From positions 45,696,001-45,760,000 of the forward strand of contig NC_058368.1 in assembly GCF_018350175.1 (NCBI RefSeq): 64,000 bases of DNA. Reading direction: 5' to 3'. Both the position numbers and the translations under genes were made by a program. This DNA is from Felis catus (lineage: Eukaryota). The notes under the pieces were generated by a model. The model ran no database searches. It was not told where the DNA came from and worked only from the letters and a program-made list of their open reading frames with translations. Every line of letters begins with the position of its first letter. Within the stretch, counting starts at the first letter, position 1. Below, piece after piece: positions 25,050-37,299 of the stretch.

Positions 25050-26010
25050 AGTTAGGGCTGGGGTAGATTGAGAGGTCTTGGAAACATGAATCCAAGGATT
25101 AGCTAGAGCGAGAGGGGAGGGAGAGAGCCACAGAGAGGGGGAGAGAATTATTAGATGGATCTGAGAGACAAACTTGCGGTTGACAGGACTTGAGAACAGA
25201 ATGGGAAGATGAGGGAAAGAGGGGGGAAAAATCATACCTGAACTGGTTTCTGGCTGTGATAACAGGGCATATGGTGTTACTGATCTTTATTTTTCATTAT
25301 TGTGGAACATAATAGTGGTGGAAATGGTGTAATGGTTAATTATATCTTTAGTTTTGCGATTATGAAGAAGTTCAGTAGCTACGTACGTAATGTGATTCAG
25401 GAGACAGGAGAGCCCTCTGAGTTAGAGGTTAGTCATCAGCATATAAATAGTATTTGATGCCAGGATTTGGATGACATTCATGGGGTGTGGGGGGACGTAG
25501 TTTGTGGAGTCAGAAGTTACAATCCAGAGGAACCTCAACACAGTTGAAAATGGAAAAGGGAGGCAACTCTGCAAAAGAGTGACTGAGAAGGAACAGCTAA
25601 AGTATTAGGAGAAAACTAGGCAATTCTTGGATGTAAAGGGAGAATTTCTAAAAAGATAAACAGGTTAACAATGTTCAGTGTTATTAGAGTTGAAGTGTGA
25701 TAAGCACCAAGATAATTTGATTAATGACATCATGGGTGAGAATTTAGATGAAGACTGTCTCTTTGGAGAAATGACAGGAGGGAAATTGTAATAGATTAAG
25801 GTAAAAAAGTGAAGGCAAGTGTATGCAGAATGATGACAGGGCAAGAAGGATCAATCTGTAATGAAGAAATGTATGCCTTAAACAATACAGGTAACAAAAC
25901 TTTATCAAAAGAGAAAGGGGTTGAAAGCACAGAGGGAGTGAGAAAGGGAGACAGAGGGAGACAAGAGACAGAAGAGAGGCATTTTCTTACTTGAGAAGGT
26001 TGAAGAAGAC
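25050..26010 (-). mobile_element. L2 remnant, antisense
   Basis: Purine-rich L2-like motifs (agtcatcagcatataaatagtatttga; gactgagaaggaacagc...ggagaaaactagg). Confidence 0.6.
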
Positions 26011-26728
26011 AACATCTGGAGTGAAAATAGCAGTATAAGGCTAAGAAGAAACCACATATTTTTCCACTTCATCAGGAAAAGAGGAGGAAAGGGAGAACAC
26101 AAATGCAGATGACTCTGAATTTGTGGAATTCATTACAGGATCTAGAGGATGTTCTTCTCTGTCACTATTGTTGCAGTGCTGAGAGTATTGAAAGCAGCCA
26201 GTAAGAACAAGAGGAAGGTGGGGAGGGCAGGCAGTGGGATTCAAAATACCACGAAAATGTCTGAAATATCTATTGCATATGGGGGAGCAAACTACAAAAT
26301 AAAATATTGGGGCCTGTAAGAGAGTTGATCATGCATTGGAGAAGATGCTGATAGGTGGAGATGTTAAAATTTTTTCTAGAAACTCTGAACCCTCCCCCAG
26401 CCCCCAGCTCCAGTAGAGGCCAAACAAAATTATATTCCTTAAAAGTTGAGGAGTAGTGAGAAAATTAGACTAAAAAGTAATGGAACATATTGTTGAATAC
26501 ACTCACAAGAGAGTTGAATACAAGTTGCAGATAGAAATTTGTTAGGAGGGAGTAAATAGAAAGCTAAAAGGGTAAGAGGAAGTGATTACACACTGAAACG
26601 TCTAAATGTATTTCTAAGATAAAGTACTCTGGGTGGATAACTAGGTCCCAGTTTGGTTATAACTAGATGAACACTGAAGATACTACGGTCAAATAAATTT
26701 AAGGCCAGGTGTAGAATGGTTACCCATC

Positions 26729-27144
26729 TGATGAGGAAAATAAAGGCAAGAGAACTATAGCTTAAATTAAATCTCCTACAACTTGCAGCCCACTAATAAA
26801 TACTTGAGATGTTCAGAGTGACATTCCTCTAGGAACTCATGGCTACCTTAATGTCGATGTTTTGCTAGAGACTAAAATTAATCTTATCCTAACAGCATCT
26901 AGCCCCTCAAGGTCTTGAAATCCTTGCCTCAAAATTCCTCACCAATTGCTTTATCTCTATTCCTCACCCATCTGCCAACTTAAAGGTAGAGAATCACTCA
27001 CTTCTTACAACCCCAGAGCACTTTTTTTCTGCCCATGAGTCCTGTCCCCACACTACATTAAAATCATCTTTTTGTAGTAAAAAATGTCTGAAAAATTCTT
27101 TCTTAGCCATTTGCTCTTGAACCCAAAACTTCCAAATTTCATCA
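26729..27144 (+). mobile_element. Solo LTR (carnivore ERV1-class, 416 bp)
   Basis: Terminal inverted repeat TGATGA...TCATCA; perfect 4-bp TSD CATC at 26725-26728 and 27145-27148; ATTAAA near the 3' end. Confidence 0.88.
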
Positions 27145-27775
27145 CATCTACAGCCTTTAACTTCACTCTGGAAGACAGCAGGGTTTGTGCAAAGGTCATC
27201 AGCCAGACACCAGTGCTTTCTAGACATCAGCTGTTCCCAGCACCCCACCTCTCTTCTTGCTGTATCAATCATTTCTTCCCTTTTGTATCTTAATCTTTTT
27301 ATACACTATTTCATCTAATTATATATCCAAGCCTTTTCACTAAGAAATAGTCCCTCTTTTTCACTGGATTGACTATAAACACATCCATACCACACAAGTC
27401 CTTTAAAATGGTGTATATTTTTAGACAACTCTGAAATAATCGAGGAAACATCATTGGTTTAACACACTTGGCACTTGCAAAGACTACTACTGATAGGTTA
27501 TATGTAGAGAGAAGGCAAAACGACAGGAGGCTGATGTTCCAGAGTTCTTAAAATTTATCTTGGTTTTACTAGAACTATGATAAAAACAAAACAAATGACA
27601 ACAAAAAGCAATTGCTTAGTATCTGCTTTTCTTCATCTGTAAAATGAACATCTAATGTTTACATATGGCAGATAATATTTATTAAGTGAAGGTCTACATT
27701 AAGAAGTCTCTCCTTCTGAAAAGAAAATAGGATATACATTAAGCCTTCATTATCAACAACTAATATTTACTACAG

Positions 27776-27819
27776 ATAAAAATGAAGCAAAGGGAGATAA
27801 AGCAATGTTTAATAAACAG
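27776..27819 (+). other. Candidate 44-nt exon
   Basis: Branch-like ctaat, then tttactacag| ... CAG|gtgagt (consensus donor); followed by a 119-nt intron-like gap. Confidence 0.4.
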
Positions 27820-27938
27820 GTGAGTAGAAAAAGATTGAAAATCAATGAGATAAAATTGCCTTCCCCTTAAAACAAATTAAAGTAAAATCCATTTATTGCC
27901 AAACCATGAACTATAATTTGTATAACCATTAGTTTCAG

Positions 27939-28043
27939 GCTTTAGAGGACCCAGGCATTAGCCCTGACAGATTACAGAACTCAGAGCCTTTGGCAGATGT
28001 CACCATGGACTTTGGTGAACTTATTGATGGGGAAGACTTATAA
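27939..28043 (+). other. Candidate terminal exon (open reading portion)
   Basis: agtttcag| then ALEDPGISPDRLQNSEPLADVTMDFGELIDGEDL*; AATAAA downstream at 28248-28253. Confidence 0.35.
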
Positions 28044-28174
28044 AATAAGGATGATCCCCTCTGTGTCCTCATCAATGCAAATGTACTTCAGAAGCATTTC
28101 AGATGACATCTACAAGCCAAGATTGAAAGATGAAACCTGCCAGTTTTTAACAGCATTAAGATATAAATGTGTAC

Positions 28175-28540
28175 ATTGAACTCCCTGTAGTTAAAGTGTA
28201 CATTTTTATGTTTTGACAAACAGATGCATGTGTAAAACCATTGCCACAATAAAGATGGTGAACATTTCCTTTTCCCCTAAAGTTCCTTTTTGTCCTTTTT
28301 TAAACCTTCTTTCTTCTTCCCCTACTCCCACCCATAGTCCATCATATCCACTGAACTTTCTATTACTATAAATTTGCATTGCCTCAAGTTTCATAAAAAG
28401 AGTGCCATATGGCATAGATACTACACAAATCACTGACTTTTTTAAGCATAAAAACACATCAATGTATTTCACCATGTTAACAAACTAAAGACAAAAAAAA
28501 AAAAAAAAAAAGCTAGAAAGAACCCAAACATCCATCACTG

Positions 28541-28577
<37 letters not shown>

Positions 28578-28760
28578 ATAGTGAAACATCCACACAATGG
28601 AATATTACTTGGCCAAAAAACAGAAGGAACTATTGGTGCATGATTAAATAAAATGGATAAATCTCAAAACAACTGCTGAGTGAAAAATGAAGACAAAGTT
28701 TTTATAAGCTACATGAATTTATGTTTATGAAACTCCATGAATACTTGCCAATCAAAAATC
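28175..28760. mobile_element. Two old L1MC-like 3' fragments in opposite orientation (about 28175-28470 minus, about 28510-28760 plus) with poly-A and (TAAA)n
   Basis: ttttgacaaacagatgcatgtgtaaaaccattgccacaat; catccacacaatggaatattact...atggataaatctcaaaa...gctgagtgaaa. Confidence 0.65.
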
Positions 28761-28818
28761 TGATAATGATCTCCTATTGAGAATATACATGTTCTCTGCT
28801 TTTGCAATGTAACAATGC

Positions 28819-29343
28819 TACTGGGGCTCAGGGCAGGCTGCCCCCAGATATGCCACAGTATCACATTGGTTATTTTGAATTACATTTACTCAAGAAACAA
28901 GCAGGGCAAGAACACTCTGGCCTTCCTTTATCTCCAGAAGTCAGGAAAATAAATCTCCAATGTGAAAGTTACCCTCCTTGTACCAGGGGAAAGACATTCT
29001 TATCATCATAGACAAGGAGTTCAGGGCCAGAGAAGACAATATAAACATTTCCTACTTCTGCTGATTTTACTACCTCGGGCCAATTTTTGTTTAGAATTCC
29101 ATGCTAATTGAAGCTCCCAAACCTACGTTTTCCTTGTCCTGTCAATTCCTCACAGATTTATGCTTCTTTTTCTAAAAAAGTGTAACAACTTCCTGACCTG
29201 GTCATTTCTTAGGTCCCGTACATAGGATATCTCCCTAAGTATGAATTCAGTTTAATTTCTCCTATTACTCAGTCTTGTCAGTTTAATTCTTACACCAGAC
29301 AGAAGAATCTTGAAGGGATGACAAAAGTGTTTCCTCCTCAACA
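28819..29343 (+). mobile_element. Solo LTR, MER34-like, same family as 12616-13514
   Basis: Shares blocks such as agggcaggctgcccc, aagaacactctg, ctaattgaagctcccaaac; ends cctcaaca; flanks ATGC/ATGT (TSD with one mismatch). Confidence 0.88.
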
Positions 29344-29628
29344 ATGTGAAAGACAATTATATCAATAAAAATGACAACTATTCCTATATACCTGTTTTGA
29401 AATTAGACATATATTTTGAAATTTTTCATATTTAGTGGTTTTTATTTTTTTTACCATTGAACACTTATTGCCAACTTTGCATCATTTGCACATCTTCAAA
29501 ATCTATTGAGTAAAGTTCTGGCATACTATTTTTTAAGGTACTTCTAAGTATTTTTTTCCTGTTATTTAAAATCTTGGCATTTAATTTTCTGGGCTTTTCT
29601 ATTTTTGTCAAGTCTGTTAATTTTTGTG

Positions 29629-30435
29629 TGTGATATTGCGATTTACAATTAGAAATATTTGGTGTTCATCTCATTCCTGACACAAACCTAAAAAAATCCT
29701 TGTAATTTCCTAAGTGATAAGAGCTATGGGAGCATCTTTTGTTACAATGTTTGATCTTTTGTATTCAGTTCCTGAAATAGCTCCAGAACAATAAAGGTGA
29801 GTGTCTTTTGTTATTCATAGAAAGCCCTTTCAAACCCCACCTGAATTTATGCTAATGAAGTGATTTTTGGAAAGCCCATTAGATAACCACAGAGTGGGGG
29901 ATGGTTGCCAGGGAAACCAGCCAAATCATTAGACTGTTGGAAAACCCTGACCTCTGGGAAGGAAAGAGGGGCAGGAAATTGAATTAATCCCCAAAGACAA
30001 ATTGTGTAATCAACCATATCTATATAATAAAACTTCCATACAAATCCCAAAAGTATGGGGTTCCCAGAGTTTCTTGGTGAACAAGAACACATCCAGGTAC
30101 TGGGAAGGTGGTCAGCCCAAACTCCATAGAAACAGAAGCTTCTGTGCTTAAGACCTTTCCAGATTTTGTCCTCCCTCTCTTCACCTGTTCTTTTGTATCC
30201 TTTGACATCCTTTGTAATAAATCAGTAATAGTAAATAAGCGATGTTCCTGAGTTCTGTGAGTAACTCTAGCAAGTGATCAAAACTGGGGAGGAAGTTGTG
30301 GGAACCTCTGGTTGTAGGTAACAAAACTGTGGGTAACCTGGGGACCCACTGCCTGCATTTGGGGACAGTCTCGTAAGACGGAGCCCTTAAAGTGTGTGGT
30401 CTACACTAACTACAGGCAATTAGTGTCAGAATTAT
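29629..30435 (+). mobile_element. MER21-like LTR
   Basis: tgtgatattg...atatttggt...ttcctaagtgataagag...tatgctaatgaagtga...ttcctgagttctgtgagt...tagtgtcagaatt. Confidence 0.85.
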
Positions 30436-31619
30436 GTCATTAAATACCCTCTCATACTGAATCTTCTCATAATGCCTGCATTCACTTGTTTTTTCATTTT
30501 CTTTTGGTTCCCCTACTTCACATTTTTCTTTTTCTACCTAAGCACTTAAAGTACTCTTTAACTTGAAGTCACAGAATTCACTAAGATGTATCTGAGGAAT
30601 AATGATGATGTAACAATGTTGGTGTAGCCCTATGCACCTTTTTGACCTACAGGTTTGTTTTGTTTTGAATTCTAAAGAAAAAACGTTGTTAGATTTTGGA
30701 CTTTTTTTTTTCTGTAACTTGGAAATATGATTTTTGAAATGTAATTTGCTCTCATTATGTTCTTTTCTATTATTTTAGTTTTATATTTTCCTCATTTCCT
30801 TCTTGGTTTCTTTGATTCCACATTGAAATGGAATTTAATTTTCTTTTTAAGGTAGTCATCTCTCTAAATTAGAAAAAGGAGTATTTCAAAGATTCTATTT
30901 TTAACCATCATGTTAATAAGTTTTTAGGAAAGAATGGGAATTTATTAGGGTCTTAAATGTAATCTCTTAGTGTCATGTCTCCCAAACATGCAATTCATAT
31001 CTCAGTCATCACCGTACTTCCCATAGAACTATTTTCACATAGTTACTTCTGTCCATCTTTTACAGCAGTCTTCTACTTTCTAATTTAAAAAAAAAATTCT
31101 GTTCCATTATGTTGTTGCGGAATTATAAATGTGAACAACCATGCTTTGGGCCCTAATATGAAGTCCTCCAACCAAGGAAACAATAAAACGGGGACTCCTG
31201 GCCCGCTCCAATTCTAGTGAGTCAGTATTTTTCCATGGTGGTAGGAAATTTTTTCCACTGCAGAATGCCACTCGATGTCTATTAATATTACTTCCTCTTC
31301 ATTTCCTGCATTCACTGTAGTCTAAATTGAGGGACACAAATGAAATTTTTAAGACTTTTGTTTGTACTTTCTTTTCACTCCCTCCCCCTCTTTCCCCTCA
31401 CTGCCACATCTGAGGAGTGGTATAAGACATGAATTGATTCCTACAATATTATATTTTTGGCGTTTACTCCTTACTAGTTTTCCTTAGTTTGACAGTTCCT
31501 GAAACTTTTTCTCCTGTATACATCTTGTTATTGTATTTGTCTTAATAGAGGGTTAGTTTTGTGATTTTATTTCTAAATCACCATCTTTCCTTAAGAACAG
31601 TGGCTTAAAAAATCAGATG

Positions 31620-32070
31620 TTTAACAGATTAGTTATTGCTCTGTTGGTCACAAGAAACAATTTGAGCCCATATATTGGGGGTTTTTATGTAATTTGAGGT
31701 CAGGTATTCTATAGGAACTCATAAACTGGATCCTGTTGTTCAAATATCATTAGGACTATCATTTCTTCTGATGCTGTTTTGTGTCTCCTTCAGTATTTGT
31801 CTATCAACAGCTTACTTCCTGTATTTCTTCACTACGTTAAATAAGTGTGGCCTCTTATAGCTTCAGATTTTATATACTCTAACTTAGTTCAGCTACAGAG
31901 ACTATTACGTCTCACAATATTATCCATACATTTCCTAGTTAGGGACTAGCTAAGTGTGGGTCATGTGCCCATCACCACCACTCAGTATGTCAATTTCCAC
32001 CATAACTGTGTGGATGAAATCTGGATGAATAATGTTAGTTCCAGATGAACAGATAGATGAAGGTCCTACA
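31620..32070. mobile_element. Old MaLR (MLT1-like) LTR remnant
   Basis: gggtcatgtgcccatcacc and related MLT1-like motifs; highly diverged. Confidence 0.4.
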
Positions 32071-33939
32071 GAATCAAAGTAATGATCAACCATTATAACT
32101 AGTTATAGGATTCACTGTTGCCATAATGCCCAATATTGCTTACCCTGACCCTAGAAAATGCATAATCAACAACTTACACACCATATCAGGAGTTCATAGA
32201 TCCCTAAATGTAATCTCTGGATCCTAGAAATCTATATAACTCAAATTAAGAACTCTCACATGAGAGTTTGATGCACATGTAGGATCTAGAATTATTGGCA
32301 TTAACCTTTAGTTTAGAGACTATAATAAGGCTTCATTCCTTCACTATTGAAGGTACTAGGACAGTAAGAAGAAGGATAGCCCTGAAAAGGTTTCATTATA
32401 TTACATATAATTATAAAGTTAATTGCTGTTCACTTTCACTTGGAGTAAAGATGAAACGTGTACTCAAAGTTGTTAATCATTTCAGCCTGGTTATTTTGGC
32501 CAGTTCCTTTTGGTATTAAGTAGCCTTATTACAGATGATACTTTTATGGAATGAAATAAATGCTGTTAATATTCATACTTAAGGTATTTGATATAAAGAA
32601 ACAATCTTTTTTGACAAGGTAAACTGGTATGTATACTCAAGACACTGTCTGGAGATGCTTGCTAGTCTGAAGATCATAATTATAAAAAATTGATTTGTTG
32701 TAACAAAGTTTTAAATAAATATAGAACACCTTGAAATATATACATACCTTTCAAGGGAAACAATGAAAAGAAACAAGACTTTTAGATTCAAGGGTGAACG
32801 CTTTAATATGTATATTTTCTCTTTTACCAAAAATTGCTTAATACACTCATATAACATGCAGAGTTATTTAGATGTAAGCAAAGGATCAATATGTCAGTTT
32901 GGCTCATTACAATTTAGACGACCTTAGGGAATTTGAGAACTCCTTCAAGCTATAAGGAAATTATGTATTAATGTAGATAATTTGTATCCAATCATCTATC
33001 TTTAAAAATGAAATAATTTTATTGTGCGAAAATACTTCTGTCTAAAGAGTACCTCATTTAATTTTCAGGATCTGGTCAAATTAAATGTTTTAAATTCTAC
33101 GTATTATCCAGTTTATTCACCAAGGGCATTGGCCTTTCAATCTTGTTCGGATGTCTTGTGGAATAATCCTGTCCAGTCAATTATGCAACATTTGGTCATG
33201 CAAGGAAAAAGAGCCCTATAAAATAACAAGCCATGCAAGCGAAATACTGATGAGTTGCTCCTATATTGCTTTCCCCAATTGATGTTATTCTAGTAATTTT
33301 GTCCTTGTGTTTAAGATGGTTAACCTGGCACTTATTATGATAACAGCATATGTGAATAAAAGAATAAATTACGAAGTGCATGATTCCTATTGATGTAAGC
33401 ATTTGTTCTCTATCAGGAATGTGCCTGGTAACAACAGTCAAACAATGCTCTTTACCTTCCAAATTGAACACTGCACAATGCCTGACTTTAGATATAATTA
33501 CTTCACATAATTGTTTCTGTCAAGAATAAATGAAGCCTTAAAAGAACAATGCAATCATTACAAGTGGAGCATCTTAAGATATATATTATACTGGGCCTTT
33601 TACCCTTAGTGTTTTCTGAGTTGATATTAATGACTAAAGATTCTTAAAGCATGCATTTTCAGGCACCCAAAGCAGATCTCTGAGTGCCTGAGCAATTCAT
33701 GGGTAATTTTAATACACTCTTGTTGCTCAATGAAAACCTAGTAAAAGCAGTTGTTTGCACTTAATTTATTCAGCCAAAGCGAAAACATGTTGAAGATGCA
33801 GGGAAAGAGCAGAACAGAACGTGGCATCAACTTCCCTATTTTTAAACACCAAATAACATGGAGTGTACATTGATAAAGGAAGTGATTTCTTTGACTCATT
33901 GAGCTTTATTTTAGAATTCCTGGTTTGTAAGGTATATTT

Positions 33940-34095
33940 TTAAAAAAAAATTTTTTTCATGTTTTTATTTATTTTTAGACAGAGAGAGACAGAGCATGAG
34001 CAGGAGAGGGGCAGAGAGAGAGGAGGACACAGAATCCAGAGCAGGTTCCAGGCTCTGAGCTGTCTTAACCAACTGAGCAAGCCAGGTGCGCCTCC
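33940..34095 (-). mobile_element. Can-SINE with internal deletion, antisense
   Basis: Joins gagctgtc directly to ttaaccaactgagc; TSD AAGGTATATTT at 33929-33939 and 34096-34106. Confidence 0.92.
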
Positions 34096-34306
34096 AAGGT
34101 ATATTTATAGATCATACTCTCATATTTAAATGTATTTAATGAAAAAAGTCATTAAGTGACTTCTATGTGTGTATAAACCTGAAAGCTAATTAGTAATTTC
34201 TGGGTCTCCAAGACCTCTCTATGCCATGGATTTTTGTAACATTGTATATATAAAATATGTATGTAAAATACTATATGCATAGGTATATAAAATACTACAT
34301 ATGCTA

Positions 34307-34538
34307 GGGGCGCCTGGGTGGCTCAGTCGGTTAGGTGTCCAACTTCAGCTCAGGTCACGATCTTGTGGTCCCTGAGTTCGAGCCCCGCATCAGGCTCTGG
34401 GCTGATGGCTCAGAGCCTGGAGCCTGCTTCCAATTCTGTGTCTCCCTCTCTCTCTGCCCCTCCCCCATTCATGCTCTGTCTCTCTCTGTCCCAAAAATAA
34501 AAATAAATGTTAAAAAAAATTTTTTAAATAAAAAAAAT
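34307..34538 (+). mobile_element. SINEC_Fc
   Basis: Full head, body and tail; TSD core TACATATGCTA. Confidence 0.96.
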
Positions 34539-34699
34539 TACATATGCTAAGTTATATATAGTTATAAAATTATATATATGTGTTTTGGAAGAATCTGAAT
34601 TGCCTCTCATTAACATATCAAATAAATTCCTGGGAACACTGACCTATTTTTCAATATTTATTTCACATCATTGTAAACTTCATAAATATTTTAAAAATT

Positions 34700-35850
34700 G
34701 TAAGTGTTACTTTAAGTGTCATGGAATAAAACAGGGTTCTCTGGGTACAGCACCATAAACAGGGAAGGCCTGAACCAATTGGAAAAGGGGTTGCAAAGAC
34801 TTCTCTAGAAACTGTGGAACTGAGACCAAAGGACAAGCAGGAGTTAACTAGGCAAAGTGGTGAGGATCATTTTAAGGAATAGCAAGAATTCATTCATTGA
34901 CCAGGAAGCAGAAACAAACATTAGGATGGAGAAAGAGTCCATGTGACTGGAGTACAGAAATGCCCAGGGAAAGTGGCAGGTAGGCTGGGGTTCAATATGC
35001 GTGGCTTAATAACTACCTTAAGATATTTTTCCCATTTTTTTGTTTAGGAAAAATGCATAGAACTTAAAGTATTTTAAATGTAGAATTAAAGTAGTTCTGG
35101 TAGAGCTTTAAAAAGATCCAACTGATTACAATGTAAAGAATTTGGAAGGGGTGGGTATCTACAAAAGTGATTATAAGAAAGCAGCTAAGGAATGACTGGG
35201 TGGTTCAGTTGGTTAAGTGTCCAACTTTGGCTCAGGTCATGATCTCACTGTTCATGACTTTGAGCCCTGCATCGGGCTCCATAGGAACACTGTGGAGACT
35301 GCTTGGGATTCTCTCTCTCTCTCTGTCTCTCTCTCTCTCTGCTCTTTCACCCCTTCCATCCCACACACACTCTGTCCCAAAATAAACAAACTTAAAAAAA
35401 AAAAGCAGCTAAGAGCTGTTGAAGTAATTCAAACCAAAGATGACAGAAGCATGGACAACATGCTCAATATATTTAGATGGAAAGGAGTAGGACCTAGTGA
35501 AAGAGAACACATGGAGAGAGTGAAATAGAGATGAACCAAAGGCCATTTCCAGGATCCCCTTGTGCAATTTAGTGAGTAATCAAATTCCCTCAGAGAAGAG
35601 ATGAAGATCTGATGGAATGACCATGATGACCTTTAGATACACCAGATGCAAAATCACTTTGCTGCATTCATATGAAAGAACTGACAAAGAAGTTGGACAG
35701 GTATGTTGTGGTGCTAAGAGATTTCTGAGCAGAAATGCTGTGTGAAGTCTTTGAAGGATAGAGGATAATTAAAAGCAAGGGCGTGGATGTGCCTTCCTAA
35801 GCAAAGAGTACAGAGTGAGAAAGAAGAACTTACATCAGGGCTTTAAGGGC
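34700..35850 (-). mobile_element. L2 remnant, interrupted by a SINE
   Basis: cagggaaggcc...gaactgagaccaaaggacaagcaggagttaactaggcaaag; continuous across the SINE TSD. Confidence 0.6.
35190..35400 (+). mobile_element. Can-SINE (older)
   Basis: TSD AAAGCAGCTAAG at 35178-35189 and 35401-35412. Confidence 0.93.
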
Positions 35851-36103
35851 TTTCAGGTAAACCTCATGCACATGGCATACTGCAACCATACAACTTCTTT
35901 GGAAGCAGGAAGGTGGGAAAGTAGAAGGAGCTTCTTAAAAGTTCAAAGGCTGTCTTTGGGTGAATGTTTGTTTGAAAACTTGATAATTGATGCTTGTAAT
36001 CTATAGCAGGCCACAGAGCTAAAATAGAGCACCCTAAAGTCCCTAGATCTTAAAGCTAACTGTTCCAAACATCAAACTGCACCTGCCTTGAAAAATATCT
36101 CCA

Positions 36104-36319
36104 GGGGCGCCTGAGTGGCGCAGTCGGTTAAGCTTCCGACTTCAGCCGGGTCACGATCTCGCGGTCCGTGAGTTCGAGCCCCGCGTCAGGCTCTGGGCTG
36201 ATGGCTCAGAGCCTGGAGCCTGTTTCCGATTCTGTGTCTCCCTCTCTCTCTGCCCCTCCCCCGTTCATGCTCTGTCTCTGTCCCAAAAATAAATAAACGT
36301 TGAAAAAAAAATTTTTTAA
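36104..36319 (+). mobile_element. Young SINEC_Fc
   Basis: CpG-rich, near-consensus; TSD AAAAATATCTCCA(G) on both sides. Confidence 0.98.
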
Positions 36320-36528
36320 AAAAATATCTCCAGAAAAATCTTGCATTAATTCAAAATGTCATCATCCCCCCGCCTCACATGCCAGCCCCATGAAAGGAAT
36401 CTGAGCTGAAGACCTTTACCTCATATCCTGTGCACAGCTTCTCTCACAACACAGAAGTGCAAAACAGCCAGAAATATATGCATTACCTATAGTTTTATCT
36501 ATCTTCTCAAAACCGATGGTTTTAAATG

Positions 36529-36546
36529 TTTTTGTAAATGTTCAGT

Positions 36547-36580
<34 letters not shown>

Positions 36581-36740
36581 AGTGAGCAGGGGAGGGGCAG
36601 ATAAATAGGGAGACAGAGTATGCAAAGCAGATTCTGTTCTGTCAGTGCAAAACCCAACATGGGGCTCAAAGCCACGAACTGTGAGATCGTGACCTGAGCC
36701 TGAGTCAGATGCTCAACCAACTGACCCACCCAGGGAACCC
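36529..36740 (-). mobile_element. Can-SINE, antisense
   Basis: TSD TCAAAACC(G/A)ATGGTTTTAAATG on both sides. Confidence 0.94.
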
Positions 36741-37299
36741 TCAAAACCAATGGTTTTAAATGATGTGTAAAGTTTGAAATTTTAACTTCTAGGAAGTATT
36801 AGTCTAAGGTAGCAAGCCAATGCTAACTAAAAAAAAAAAAAAAAAAAAAAAAACATTGTTTTTCTAACTTCTTTTCATTATTTGATGCTGTGGATCTTTC
36901 TACCTTTAAAAAATTCTATTCTGTTTTTGCTTTTGTAACACTATTTTTTTCTTTTCTCTATTTCTTATGTTCTCCTTTGCTTGATTCTCCTTCTCTGGCT
37001 TCTTAAAGATTATAAATTTTCAGTAATTTGTCAGTATCTTTCTCTTTCCTTAATACCCTCCCTTTTGCAATCTCATAGCTTCAAGCATTGCCTGGAATGA
37101 ATGACAACATGTAGATGAGGGGAAGACAAATGGATTTAGTGTCACTTACGGCTTTAATTCCAGCACTACTACTTTCTAACTGCAGAATCCACCCCCCCCC
37201 TTATGGTTTCTGAGCATCAGTTTCCTCAATAAAACACATATGAATGTAGTCTAATCCTTTCACAGATTTTATGAGAACCCAAAATGTACCTAGTTGGCA

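Noticed and set aside
12616..29343. Two same-family, same-orientation LTRs as the ends of one 16.7-kb provirus
   Set aside because: Each has its own TSD (ATAT versus ATGC/ATGT), they are clearly diverged, and no matching gag/pol/env lies between them, so they are independent solo LTRs
36104..36185. tRNA-like sequences with A and B boxes
   Set aside because: These are the tRNA-derived heads of Can-SINEs, not tRNA genes
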